Shown: in pieces, positions 1-12,943 of the stretch | Position numbering within the stretch: the first letter of the stretch is position 1 | Layout of the letters: every line of letters starts with the position of its first letter | Assembly: GCF_006345805.1 (NCBI RefSeq) | Contig: NC_042997.1 | Location: forward strand, 43,400,001-43,464,000 | DNA: 64,000 nucleotides | Source: Octopus sinensis | Taxonomy: Eukaryota | Direction: 5' to 3' | Notes under the pieces: model-generated | The model's database searches: none | Seen by the model: the letters and a program-made list of their open reading frames with translations, nothing else | Told to the model about the DNA's origin: nothing | Made by a program: the position numbers and the translations under genes

Positions 1-443
1 CAAAAGATGGGCTACAGCAAATATTCTGCCCAATACCACAGATTTGCTTGTTAGTTGTTTGACCTTAACCATTCAAGCTTGTCCCTTGGTGGCTGACGAT
101 ATGTGCATCTCTGATCACGAGCAGAAGTAGTGGGGGAGCATCATAGCCATGCATTGAGAGGAATTATTTGGGGTTTGGATAATTCACCTCTGGAAACACG
201 GGTGTTTCGTTCAACATCCTTAAACAACCCTTATTCAGGGATCTTTTGAGTGAGATGGGTTATTCGACCTGAAGAAAATTTTAACTGAGCCCGACCTGCA
301 AGGTCATGCGCTGTTTATCTTGATATGGGATATGGTTGTGATGCATGGTGTCCCCTTATCAGACAGGTAGACATGATGGGTATACTGGGCTTCATATATT
401 TTACCCCAGTGTCACTTTGATGGCATGCACTGCTCTCTCACTC

Positions 444-486
<43 letters not shown>

Positions 487-752
487 TAATAATAATAATA
501 GTAATAGTAATAGTAATAATAATAATAATAATTGAGTGGGATGGGCTACTCAACCTGAAGAAAATTCTAACTGGGCCCCACCTGCAAGGTCATGCGCTGT
601 TTATCTTGATATGAGATCACCATGTCGTGCACATATGGTTGTGATGCATGTGCCTGGTGTAACCTTATCAGACAGGTAGTCATGATGGGTATATTGGGCT
701 TCGTATATTTTACCCCAGTGTCACTTTGATGGCATGAACTGTTCTCTCACTC
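1..752. mobile_element. Two partial copies (1-443, 533-752) of a repeat abutting (AAT)n, probably the end of a microsatellite-targeting (R4/Dong-like) LINE
   Basis: 533-752 duplicates ~248-443. Both end in ctctctcactc followed by (AAT)n. The clade assignment is an inference. Confidence 0.55.
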
Positions 753-907
753 AATAATAATAATAACGATGATGATGAGCTTATTGTATACAGTGCTCAG
801 ATAAACTACATCTTGTAAAAGGGCAAAAGAGGGGATGGAAATGGCAATAAGTGAAGTTGAGAAAGCTGATGATGACAACCAAAAGTGGATGCAAAATACA
901 CAGAATA

Positions 908-1320
908 GGCGCAGGAGTGGCTGTGTGGTAAGTAGCTTGCTATCCAACCACATGGTTCCGGGTTCAGTCCCACTGCGTGGCATCTTGGGCAATTGTCTTC
1001 TGCTATAGCCCCGGGCCGACCAATGCCTTGTGAGTGGATTTGGTAGACGGAAACTGATAGAAGCCTGTCGTATATATGTATATATATGTATGTGTGTGTG
1101 TTTGTGTGTCTGTGTTTGTCCCCCCTAGCATTGCTTGACAACCGATGCTGGTGTGTTTACGTCCCCGTCACTTAGCGGTTCGGCAAAAGAGACCGATAGA
1201 ATAAGTACTGGGCTTACAAAGAATAAGTCCCGGGGTCGATTTGCTCGACTAAAGGCGGTGCTCCAGCATGGCCACAGTCAAATGACTGAAACAAGTAAAA
1301 GAGTAAAAGAGTAAAGAGAG
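908..1320 (+). mobile_element. tRNA-derived SINE family A (CORE-like), full length
   Basis: A box TGGCTGTGTGG, B box GGTTCAGTCCC, CORE-like cttgggcaa.tgtcttct, internal TA/TG microsatellite, (GTAAAAGA)n tail. More than 25 full or partial copies in the window. Confidence 0.9.
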
Positions 1321-1819
1321 AATAAAACAATTACTGATAAAAAGATGTAAAAGAACAGTAAAAGAGCCGATGAAGAAGAAAGGATGCAGAAGAGGCATGT
1401 CAGAAGCAGGGATGGCAAACTGAAGAATGGGTTAGTCAGGTTTTGTAGATTTACATGAGCAGGAGAATCAGATGAAACAGAGAATACTTACTGTTTGTGA
1501 AAACAAGGAGGATTATCCACACAGCAGACTTAACTGTTTTCTTAGGAATTAGGCACTTGACTTCATTGGGTCCCATTCTTAGTTTCTTACATCTGATGCT
1601 GGCCATGGGACATTGCTTTCCTTTTTCTTGCTTTCTTTCCTTCTTCCTTTCCATATATTTTTGCTTGCCTTTTTTTTCTTCTTTCCTTTTATTTATCTAT
1701 TCCTTTGTTTCTTCTTTTCAACTTTTCTTTCTTTTTTCTCTTTCTGTTTGTTTCAGTCAAATTCCTTCTCAACTTCCAAATTCACTGCGAGATTCCTGGT
1801 AGATTTCTTTCTTTTATAG

Positions 1820-1947
1820 ATAGTTCTCCTCTGTGTGTGTGAGTGTGTGTATGTGTGTGTGTGTGTGTGTGTGGTTGCATGTGTGTGTGTGTGTGTGTGT
1901 CTGTCTGTATGTATGTATGTATGTATGTATGTATATGTGTGTATGTA

Positions 1948-1978
<31 letters not shown>

Positions 1979-2415
1979 GTATGTATGTATGTATGTATGT
2001 ATGTATGTATGTATGTATGTATGTATGTATGTATGTGTGTGTATGTATGTGTGTGTGTATGTATGTATGTATGTGTGTGTGTGTATGTATGTATGTATGT
2101 ATAGTTCTCCTGTGTGAGTGTGTGTAGGTGTGTGTGTGTGTGTGGTTGCATGTGTGTGTATGTATGTATGTGTGTGTGTATGTATGTATGTATGTATCTG
2201 TGTGTGTGTGTATGTATGTATGTATGTATGTATAGTTCTCCTGTGTGTATGTATGTATGTATGTATATGTGTGTGTATGTATGTATGTATGTATGTGTGT
2301 GTGTATGTATGTGTATGTGTGTATGTATGTATGTATGTATGTATGTGTGTGTGTATGTATGTATGTATGTGTGTGTGTATGTACGTGTGTGTGTATGTAT
2401 GTATGTATATATGTA

Positions 2416-2448
<33 letters not shown>

Positions 2449-2526
2449 ATGTATGTATGTATGTATGTGTGTGTGTGTATGTATGTATGTATAGTTCTCC
2501 TGTGCGAGTGTGTGTATGTGTGTGTG
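1820..2526. repeat. (TG)n/(TATG)n compound microsatellite with a recurring ATAGTTCTCCT anchor
   Basis: Anchor at ~1820, 2101, 2232 and 2491. Confidence 0.95.
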
Positions 2527-2699
2527 TTCTTCTCTTCCTCTTTTTAATTTAGAGTAAATTTTGACCAGGCACCTTCTTGGTAACGAGGTTGTGCAGGAAA
2601 GGATCCTGTTTTAACTATCATCCTTTAAATCTTAAGACGGTCTTATGGATTTTTATAGTCGAGATCATTTGTAGCATATGAATGAAGGCTATGAATATA

Positions 2700-3293
2700 T
2701 AGGTATGTATGTATGTATGTATGTATGTTGTATGTATGTATGTATGTATGTATGTATGCATGCATGCATGTATGTATGTACGTATGTACGTATGTATGTA
2801 TGTGTGTATGTATGTATCTATGTACGTATGTATGTATGTATGTATGTATGCATGCATGCATGTATGTATGTACGTATGTACGTATGTATGTATGTATGTA
2901 TGTGTGTATGTATGTATGTATGTATGTATGTATGTATGCATGCATGCATGTATGTATGTACGTATGTACGTATGTATGTATGTGTGTATGTATGTATGTA
3001 TGTATGTATGTATGCATGTATGTATGTATGTATGCATGTATGTATGTATGTATGTAGGTATGTAGGTATGTATGTATGTATGTATGTATGTATGCATGCA
3101 TGCATGTATGTATGTATGTATGTACGTATGTATGTATGTGTGTATGTATGTATGTATGTATGTATGTATGTATATATGTGTGTATGTATGTATGTATGTA
3201 TGTATGTATGTATGTATGTATGTATGCATGTATGTATGTATGTATGTATGTATGTGTGTATGTATGTATGTACGTATGTATGTATGTATGTAC

Positions 3294-3324
<31 letters not shown>

Positions 3325-4118
3325 TGCATGTGTGTGTGTGTATATATATGTATGTATATATGTATGTATGCATGCATGCATGTATGTATGTGTGTATGTA
3401 TGTATGTATGCATGTATGTATGTATGTATGTATGTATGTATGCATGTATGTATGTGTGTATGTATGTATGTATGAATGTATGTATGTATGTATGTATGTA
3501 TGTATGTATGTATGTATGCATGCATGCATGTATGTATGTATGTATGCATGTATGTATGTATGTATGTATGTATGTATGCATGTATGCATGTATGTATGTA
3601 TGTATGTATGTATGCATGTATGTATGTATGTATGTATGTATGTATGTATGTATGTATGTATGCATGCATGCATGCATGCATGTATGTATGCATGTATGTA
3701 TGTATGTATGCATGCATGCATGTATGTATGTATGTATGCATGCATGTATGTATGTATGTATGCATGCATGTATGTATGTATGTATGCATGTATGTATGTA
3801 TGTATGCATGCATGCATGCATGTATGTATGTATGCATGCATGTATGTATGTATGTATGCATGTATGTATGTATGTATGCATGCATGCATGTATGTATGTG
3901 TGTGTGTATGTATGTATGTATGCATGCATGTATGTATGTATGTATGTATGTATGTATGTATGTATGTATGTATGTATGTATGCATGCATGCATGCATGTA
4001 TGTATGTATGTATCTATGTATGTATGTATGCATGCATGTATGTATGTATGTATGTATGTATGTATGTATGTATGTATGTATGTATGCATGTATGTATGTA
4101 TGTAATGTATGTATGTAT
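2700..4118. repeat. ~1.4-kb (TATG)n/(CATG)n microsatellite
   Basis: Directly visible. Confidence 0.97.
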
Positions 4119-4625
4119 GCTTATCAACCACATGGTTCCAGGACACCTTGGGCAAGTGTCTTCTACTATAGCCTCAGGCCAACCAAAGCCTTGTGAGTGG
4201 ATTTGGTAGACAGAAACTGAAAGAAGCCTGTCTTGTATATATATATATATTTATGTGTGTGTGTGTGTTTGTCAGTGTGTGTGTGTGTCTGTGTTTATCC
4301 CCACCGACATCTCTTGACAACCAATGTTGTGTGTTTACATCCCAGTAACTTAGCGGTTTGGCAAAAGAGATCGATAGAATAAGTACTAGGCTTACAAAGA
4401 ATAAGCTCTGGGGTTGATTTGCTCGACTAAAGGCGGTGCTCCAGCATGGCCACAGTCAAATGACTGAAACAAGTAAAAGAATAAATGAATAGAAAAATGT
4501 ATGTATGTATGTATACATGAATGTATGTAATGAATGTTTGTATGTATGTATGTATGTATGTATGTATGTATGTATGTATACATGAATGTATGTAATGAAT
4601 GTTTGTATGTATGTATGTATGTATG

Positions 4626-4656
<31 letters not shown>

Positions 4657-4795
4657 CATATGGCTGTATGTGTGTATGTATGTATGTAATGTATGTATAT
4701 ATGTATCTATGTATGTATGCATGTATATGTGTGCTGCATCTGTGACAATCTATCTAAGTATATGTGAATGCTTATCTGTGACTATCCGTGCATAA

Positions 4796-4838
<43 letters not shown>

Positions 4839-5559
4839 TGTATACACACGCATGTCTATGTTTGTGTATATGGATACATGAGGGTAAGTGTAAGTATGAC
4901 TTTATATGCATATATACACAAGCTTGTAAGAGAGAGAGAGAGAGAGAGGGTAAATGAATTTATGAATTTGCTTGTGTATACAAGCATAAAAGTCAGTATG
5001 TGTGTGTGAATATATTGACGCACTTACATATATATATATGTGTAAAACAGTATATAAATGTAAGCAATTAGGATACTGTCGCCTAGCCCCAGGTTATCCC
5101 TGACTGAGTAGACCTATTATCAAAAGTGTTCCAGCCATTATCTTCCCATCTTTTTTTCCAGACATCATGTCCCTAATACTACATTAGATGTAGTCTTAAG
5201 TACAATCTTTTATAAAACAGTTAATGCGAGTTAAGAAAACTTGGCTGCTATATCTAGTCTGTTGAGAAACCACATAGAGGTTCCTTGTAAGGCTCCTTTG
5301 TTGGCTCGAGATAATTCATCCATTTTCAAAGTGTAGCTATTACAGTTACCAGTCTTGTCGGTCATACCAGATTATTAAAGCACAACTTTCATCTAAATTC
5401 TGTCATCTCTTTCCTTTCATTGATGCATTGATTTCTTTCCTTTCTTAAACCTTCAACTCCAGACGGAATTATAGTAGTACAGTCTTGGCAAATGGTGTGT
5501 CTTAAGCCTTTTTAACCTGACATCTCATCCTCTCCAGGTCTGGCCATAAATAAATGTTC

Positions 5560-6156
5560 CGTGTAGCCCCTACCCATTCAAAGTACCTTGGATCCCAGAA
5601 CATCTCGCTGTGCTTGAGGAGACCTGTTGAGTCAAGTGCATGTACATGAACATCGAAACAAATATCAATGGAAATAGTAGTTGTGATACCTGTGCCGGTG
5701 GCACATAAAAAGCACCATCTGAACGTGGCCGTTGCCAGTGCCGCCTCGACTGGCTTCTGTGCCGGTGGCACATAAAAAGCACCATCTGAACGTGGCTGAT
5801 GACAGCGCCGCCTCGAGTGGCTTCTGTGCCGGTGGCACATAAAAAGCACCATCCGAACGTGGCTGATGCCAGCGCCACCTTGGCTGGCTTCCATGCCGGT
5901 GGCACATTAAAAGCACCAACCAATCGTGGCCGATGCCGGACCCCCCTGGCACCTGTGCAGGTGGCACGTAAAAAGCACCCACTACACTCTCGGAGTGGCT
6001 GTCGTTAGGAAGGGCATCCAGCTGTAGAAACTCTGCCAGATCAGACTGGAGCCTGGCGCAGCCCCTGGCTTCCCAGACCCCGGTCGAACCGTCCAACCCA
6101 TGCTAGCGCGGAAAACGGATGTTAAACGATGATGATGATGATGATGATGATGATGT
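5560..6156 (+). mobile_element. RTE-tailed non-autonomous element (family D) with a 67-bp hairpin minisatellite and (GAT)n tail
   Basis: Units start at 5690, 5757, 5824, 5891 and 5953, then ...cgttaggaagggcatccagctgtagaaac...cggatgttaaac(GAT)n. Other copies at 7040-7372, 10545-10930(-), 26700-27018, 30290-30496, 34410-34652, 49522-50000(-), 55441-55590(-), 57808-58190(-), 59600-60093, 61850-62160 and 63677-63940(-). Confidence 0.8.
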
Positions 6157-6234
6157 ATACGAGGAGCAGAACATCTTTATTCCCTGTCCTTTTTCATCCA
6201 AATTGCACATGCTGGTCGAGGGTCTGTTCCTATA

Positions 6235-6960
6235 TACAAAGGCAGTACTCAATAAAGTTTTCATTGCAATGATTTATTTACACCATCATCAAACCTAACT
6301 CTCAAATCCTTTTTGCAAAAATTTAGGTCTACACTGTTGTATCCACTTCTTCACTGCCAGATTCACCGCATCTGTTGTCAATTCATTGTTCCAAAAGACT
6401 GTACTTCATTTGACAAAACATCTGGAAGTCAGGGTTTCCAGATCTGGGCTGTACAGTAGCCGGAGGACCTCTGGCCAATCCCAATTTACCAATTGCCTGA
6501 AGTGTGAGATCACATATTGTAATGGTGTATGTGGGTCCTTTTCAGATTCTTGTTTGGTCCCTTCTTTTAAATGGTCTAAGCTTTTTTTTTAGTGTCACTA
6601 TGTACTGCTCTCTGTTCAGGGTACAGCCATGTTCCAGAAAATCAAGGAGAATGACACCCTTGTCAACCTACCCAAACAGTCACTGACTTTCTGTGCTAAT
6701 TGCTGCTCTTGAACTTCTTAGGTCTTGGAGAAGAGGTGCGATGCGATTCTATGGAATGAAACCTTCATTTCCAGATCATCCCCTGCTACCAGAATAAAAC
6801 AAAATGTGTCTTCATTGACTCTAGGCACTTCCAGTAAACCTGAGCAGACTCCCACTCCTCTCTTCAGGGATCAGCTATCAATTTCAACACCCCAAAATCC
6901 TTCATCCTCTTGTGTAATGTATTGTCACCACAGTTCAGTTGTGCAAATCTATTCATTCAC
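6235..6960 (-). pseudogene. Highly decayed mariner transposase remnant
   Basis: Minus strand near 6430-6460 reads LLYSPDL, the mariner YSPDL motif. The surrounding frame is broken. Confidence 0.55.
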
Positions 6961-8129
6961 TTACGGTACATGTTAACGGTTGAAGTTGATGGACTCCCTC
7001 TGTGTCGTTTCGAAATCGAATTGAACCAGCCAGGATCCCTGGTCTGGTGGTACGTAAAAAGCACCATCCGAATCATGGCCGAAGCCAGTGCCGCCTCGAC
7101 TGGCTTCCGTGCCAGTGGCATGTAAAATACACCAATCCGACCGTGGCCATTGCCAGCCTCGCCTGGCACCTGTGCAGGTGGCACGTAAAAAGCACCCACT
7201 ACACTCACGGAGTGGTTGGCGTTAGGAAGGGCATCCAGCTGTAGAAACATTGCCAGATAAGACCGGAGCCTGGTGCAGCCATCTGGCTTCCCAGATCCCC
7301 AGTCGAACCGTCCAACCCATGCTAGCATGGAGAATGGACGTTAAACGATGATGATGATGATGATGATGATGATAGTTTCCTCTTTTTAAACTTCCTCATC
7401 TATTTTTGCACATTACACTTGACAATGATGCTGTCTGTAAAACAACCCCTGTAAGGTTCTACAGATCTAAGATGGCTTGCAGTCTTCCTTTGTCAATAAC
7501 TTAGTTGAGAGCCTGTTGCTTCTGCTTGGACCCTATTATTTGCCTGCAATGAAGAACAGGAAGAAGAGCTACTATAAATGAAGAGCTAATCTAGTGTTGC
7601 AAGAGGGGTTTGCATGAGGCTGTGTGTTAATGATATAACAACACCATGCTAACATTTAATGGTAACTTTTACTTCACTGTACAAGTAATATTCAGATTGG
7701 TCATGAATTATAAAGTTCCACGACAAATCAGCATAATTGAAGGAATAATTCTGTAGCATTCATAACTAAGCTTGTTAAGACAGGAGAAAATATAGATGCT
7801 GGGTTCGATTTGTAAAACTATAGCAGCATGTCTGCAAAACATTAACTATAAAATTAAGCATGGGACTTGGGTGGGCCAGAAGTATAGGGTTAGTGACAGC
7901 ATGCGAATGGGTGAGGGGACCTTGCTGGAAGGAGAGGAGTGAAGGGGGTCATGTGAACAGAAGCATGATTAGTGTGGATTTCTTTTTCCTCGACACAGGA
8001 TGGACTTGTATGGTCGTGTGAATTGAAGGAACTTGCCATTAGGTTCTGGCCAATGGTTATGTGGGTGGGGCTCCCGCAGATATATTCTGACATACATTCA
8101 TACTCTTAAACATTAATTTAGTTCTCATA

Positions 8130-9030
8130 ACTGAATCTTTAGGGGGATTAGAGAGGAAATTCTGGGTATGAAAGCTAAACCTGACCCGGAGTCAAGAGAT
8201 CTTAGTATAAACTTAGCAAAGACAAAAGTTTTAATTAATAGGAAAGAAGACAGGACCCTGGTACCCTGGTACCCTCAAGGAATTGGCCTTGCTCAATATG
8301 CAGAAAAAGAGCAGGTATAAACTGCATATACTATACTCATTGTAATCTATGGACACACAAGGGATGTGGCTGAATCATAGGTAGACTATCAGAGATCATA
8401 AGCTTCATATGTGATAGATGCTCGGGAAGAGTACTTTCCATAAACACATCAGAAATAGAACCCCTTGGATGCCTCGATGGCTCACTGTAAGTAGTTGATA
8501 GTTTTTGCAACCTGAAAGCTGTCATCAGCAAGGGAGATGGTTGTTCTGAAGGTATAGTAGCCAGAGTAAGAATGGGCTAGAAAAAGTTCAGGGAGCTCGT
8601 ACTGCTTGCAACAAAGGTCTTCTCTCACTAAGTGAAAGGCAGATTTTATGATGCTTGTGAAGCATGGTAGTGAGACATGAGCTTTGAATACAGAAGACTT
8701 GAGAAGATGGAAGGAAATAAAGTGAACGTGCTCTGTTGAATATTCAGTGTAAGTATGCATGAATGACATAGTATAAATGTGCTGAGATTTTTTTCTGGGC
8801 ATAAGGGGAATTAGATGTAGTGTGTAAGAAAGAAGACTGCACTGGTATGGACACTTAATGTGTGAGGATGAGGACAGCAGTATAAAGAAATGTCAATCAC
8901 TAACTGTAGGTGGAGCCTTGGACGAAGAAGACCCAGGAAGACATGGGAAGAAGTGGTAAAAACTGACCTCAGAACTCTGACAAAGGACGACTAGGATATC
9001 TGACTATACGAGGTTCTTATGAAAACTAAC
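8130..9030 (+). pseudogene. Decayed RTE-clade LINE ORF fragment
   Basis: Recognisable pieces across frameshifts and stops: INLAKTKVL, WPCSICRK, HGSET, RRLHWYGH, RRRPRKTWEEVVKTDL. Confidence 0.75.
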
Positions 9031-9152
9031 TCATCAAGACAAAAGTGACTTCTAGAAGCACTGCATGGGTATATATTGTATACGTGTGCATATGTGTGTG
9101 TGTGTATATATATATAGATATAATATGTTGTGTGTGTGTATGTTTATATATA

Positions 9153-9634
9153 TGTAGCGGCACAAGCAGTCAGCGCCATATTGGATGAGATCTTTCGGCA
9201 ACCATTGCCATCTCTGAGACTGGAGTGAGACCTCACCTGCATCCATTTGCCATGTGTGAGATCACAACAAGGCTCGCGATGGAAAACTGTATATAAGGGA
9301 AAAACGGATTGAGATTCTTGCTCTCTTTTGCTGCCTCTTTGCGGCAGCGCTTGCTGATCGCACTCCATTGGCTGGTCCTGTCTGTAGGTTGTACCCCCAG
9401 AGGCAATGTGCTCGCACTAACAGACCGACTACACAATGCACACAGCTAAAGGTGGTTGCTGAGAGCAGCACACTTCACCTGTACTGGGAAACTTGTAAAT
9501 AGACCAGTTGCAAATTGCATTTGTACCTGAGGTCTTCTCTCTTCGCCTGCCGGAGACTGAACTACACAAAGAACAAAAAGATGATGGAAGGAGACGATAT
9601 TCTCCCAATATTGTAAACCTTGCCCTCCGTTATA
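9153..9634 (+). mobile_element. Probable solo LTR (482 bp) in a (TA)n tract
   Basis: Imperfect inverted termini TGTAGCGG...CCGTTATA, internal TATA box (gtatataagg near 9289), higher GC than the flanks. Confidence 0.55.
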
Positions 9635-9659
9635 TATATATATATATATATATGTGTGT

Positions 9660-10041
9660 GGAGGCGCAATGGCCCAGTGGTTAGGGCAGCGGACTCGTGG
9701 TCATAGGATCGCGCTTTCGATTCCCAGACAGGGCGTTGTGAGTGTTTATTGAGCGAAAACACCTAAAGCTCCACAAGGCTCCGGCAGGGGATGGTGGTGA
9801 TCCCTGCTGTACTCTTTCACCACAACTTTCTCTCACCCTTACTTCCTGTTTCTGTTGTACCTGTATTTCAAAGGGCCGGCCTTGTCACTCTCTGTGTCAC
9901 GCTGAATATCCCCGAGAACTACATTAAGGGTACACGTGTCTGTGGAGTGCTCAGCCACTTACACGTTAATTTCACGAGCAGGCTGTTCCGTTGATTCGGA
10001 TCAACCGGAACCCTTGTCGTCGTTACCGACGGAGTGCTTCC
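9660..10041 (+). mobile_element. tRNA-derived SINE family B
   Basis: GGAGGCGCAATGGCCCAGTGGTTAGGGCAGCGGACTCG head with A/B boxes. Near-identical copy at 21292-21675. Confidence 0.88.
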
Positions 10042-10247
10042 AAAAACAAAAAATATATATATATGTAATGAGAGAGTCATGAAGCTACATCAAAGAAATG
10101 AAGACGGCCTTTTATCTTATTGATGATTATGATGGTACAATATATAAAAAAAAACTCAACTTTGTCAAGCTGTTTGTGTAGACAAGTTATTTGTAGATCT
10201 CCAGTCCATTCTGCATGGTTGTTGAATTCATCTCTGTGAAGCCTAGG

Positions 10248-10304
<57 letters not shown>

Positions 10305-11537
10305 TAGAAAGAGAGAGAGAGAGAGAGGGAAAGAGAGTAAGTCATGTAGGGAGGGTGATAGATCTACATTCGCTTGTTGTTCCGCATACTGAAAGAGTTT
10401 CTCTTTGACCAGAGACAGATTGACTCAAAGAGAAAGAAAGCTATTTGGCTTCAAGTTCTTTGTAACTAAACCAGGCCAAGCAAAAACAAAGGATTTACTT
10501 CTCTCTACTGATGATTACCTTGAGAAAGATAAAAATGTCAGCTTCATCATCATCATCATCATCGTTTAATGTCCGCTTTCCATGCTGGCATGGGTTGGAC
10601 GATTTGACTGAGGACTGGCGAACCAGATGGCTGCACTAGGCTCCAATCTTGATCTGGCAGAGTTTCTACAGCTGGGTACCCTTCATAGCACCAACCACTC
10701 TGAGAGTGTAGTGGGTGCTTTTACGTGCCACCTGCACAAGGGCCAGTCTTGTGGTACTGGCAACGGCCTTGAAAAAATGGTTTTTTTTTTTCACGTGTCA
10801 CCTGCACAGGTGCCAGTAAGGTGACGCTGGTAATGATCACGCTCGAATGGTGCTTTTCATGTGCCACCGGCACGAACGCCATTTATGGCAATGACCATGC
10901 TCGGAGAGTGCTCCACTTGCATGGATGCCAGTCATCGAATTTGATTTTGATTATTTTGATTTCAGCTTATTCTTATAAATTTCTTAGTGCAACAGGTTAT
11001 ATATATATAATATATATAAGCACATCAATCAATCCCCTCCTCTTATGACCATCCCACTTTCTACATTTCCCCCACTGCATCTCCTCCCCCCACCCGATAC
11101 CACTTTTCTCTTACTATCTGGAACCATCTCACTTGTTAGCCATTATTCTTCTATTAAGTTTGTTCTCCACACCTACATGTCACAGTAGCTATCCCATCAC
11201 TTCTCCCTGGGCCACCAAATTATCTCCCCTCATGCACTTTGCTTATCTCTCTCCTCTGCTCGTGCAGCCTTCTCAAACACGGGGGTGGGGTCGATGTAAT
11301 TGAGTTACCCCTTCCCACGAAATTGCTGCTCTTATGCCAAGATTTGAAATGAAGAGGCGCAGGAGTGGCTGTGTGGTAGGTAGCTTGCTTACAAACCACA
11401 TGGTTCTGGGTTCAGTCTCACTGCGTGGCACCTTGGGCAAGTGTCTTCTACTATAGCCTTGGGCCGACCAAAGTCTTGTGAGTGGATTTGGTAGACGGAA
11501 ACTGAAAGAAGCCCGTCGTATATATATATATATATAA

Positions 11538-11730
11538 AGTTAATCCAAATATGAAAACACAACAACGCGAAGACGTGGAACAAGTATAGTGTTATTGGAC
11601 GCTCAGGAAAGAAGGAAAAAAGGAGGGTTTAACGTTTCGAGCGGAGCTCTTCGTCAGAAACATACGAGAAGGAAAGATCCAAAGAAAGGAAGACGGAGGA
11701 AAAATTCGCCAACGGTACACACGCGGTCAC
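11538..11730 (-). mobile_element. Penelope-like pLTR fragment inserted in the (TA)n tract of a SINE
   Basis: Carries a hammerhead motif, is homologous to 27615-27790 in the opposite orientation, and interrupts the SINE at 11356-11974. Confidence 0.6.
11627..11661 (-). ncRNA. Minimal hammerhead motif (Penelope-type), intact core
   Basis: Minus strand GUUU-CUGACGA-A-GAGC(UCC)GCUC-GAAA-CG-UU-AAAC. Stems I and II pair; stem III is reduced to palindromic ACGU. Confidence 0.7.
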
Positions 11731-11766
<36 letters not shown>

Positions 11767-12929
11767 ATTATATGTTTGGGTCTGTGTTTGTCCTCCCAAC
11801 ATCGCTTGACAACCGATGCTGGTGTGTTTACGTCCCCGTCACTTAGCGGTTCGGCAAAAGAGACCGATAGAATAAGCACTAGGAATACAAAGAATAAGTC
11901 CTGGGGTCGATTTGCTCGACTAAAGGAGGTGCTCCAGCATGGCCACAGTCAAATGACTGAAACAAATAAAAGAATTCATTGAAAAATGATATTTATCAAT
12001 TACTTGGTAATTCCGAGAGTTTTGCATTTGGAGTCAGTGCGTGAAATAAATGAAAAACAGACGAGTGGTCTCCCTTAGACTATTTTCCTGACCACTTTGC
12101 TTCTCCGCAAAAGACAAGTCCTGACCCCGCGGACCTACTTTCAAAGTCTTCCACCTTGACCATTCATCCTATTTGGAGACAGAAAAATCTACGTCTCTAT
12201 CTATTCTTCCTTTTTAAACGGTTTAATTTGAGTACTAGTTCTAGCAAGCAGTCAAAAGACCACGTCGACGCTCCACCCTTTCTTTGGTCTGAAGATAATG
12301 CGGCAAATTTGTTTTGGTTTATACAAATTGAATATGTTCCAAATATATTTTACTGGTTATTTTCGACTCAGAATGGGTGAAAAGTAAAGTCGATCTTAGG
12401 AGATCTGAATTTAGTCAAAAAGGCAGTAACTAAATACTGTAATGTATTTTGTTTGATATTATTAGGAATTTTTCTGTAGCATGCGTATTGGTAATTACCT
12501 AAACAAATGCTTCAATGCCCATACGAATAGTGTCTTCCTAAAGAATTTTAATGCAAAAGTTGATCGAAATGCTTTGTCGTATTTCTGCGTTCAAATCCAC
12601 TCGACGTCGACTTTTCCTGTAATGGACATAGATGAGTTCCCCAAGTGTTCAGCTTCCCAGCTTCTCTGTCTCATAGACCTTAGCCTAACTTCAGTTCTGA
12701 ACCCCTATTTCTACCACTGGATTTTGCCTTTCATCCTATTGGACTGAATAAAATAACAGTACTCGCGACAGTTTAATCGGCTATTCCCCACTGCAAAATT
12801 TTAAACTTTTTACATGTTAGAAATCAATAGTGATTAGTAACAATATAGTATGATGTTTGAAAAGTATTTTTTAAAAATTAGTTTTCCTACGCTAATCGAT
12901 GCACATGTAGTAGCAGTGTACTTGTAACA

Positions 12930-12943
12930 GTTACCATGGCAGC
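12930..12943. promoter_or_regulatory. RFX X-box-like motif GTTACCATGGCAGC
   Basis: One mismatch from the consensus GTTRCCATGGYAAC, in unique non-repeat sequence. Confidence 0.4.

Larger units (their letters stand above)
11356..11974 (+). mobile_element. SINE family A, interrupted by a Penelope-like fragment
   Basis: Homology to 908-1320. Confidence 0.88.

Noticed and set aside
908-980. tRNA genes at SINE heads (also 9660, 21292, 22786)
   Set aside because: They have A/B boxes but no complete cloverleaf, and they continue into SINE bodies present in many copies.
806-1141. Recurrent 'MSSNARG...CPRCHAVGLNPEPCGW' ORFs suggesting a multigene family
   Set aside because: Antisense translations of SINE family A copies, with frame shifts set by the internal microsatellite.
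1753-4209. Long ORFs (up to 471 aa) of MYVC/HTYI repeats; likewise 32130-32977 and 52226-52722
   Set aside because: Translations of stop-free (TATG)n/(TG)n microsatellites, open in several frames on both strands.
5690-5985. CRISPR-like array (palindromic ~30-bp repeat with ~37-bp spacers)
   Set aside because: The spacers are homologous to each other, the context is eukaryotic, there are no cas genes, and the array is part of a dispersed retroelement.
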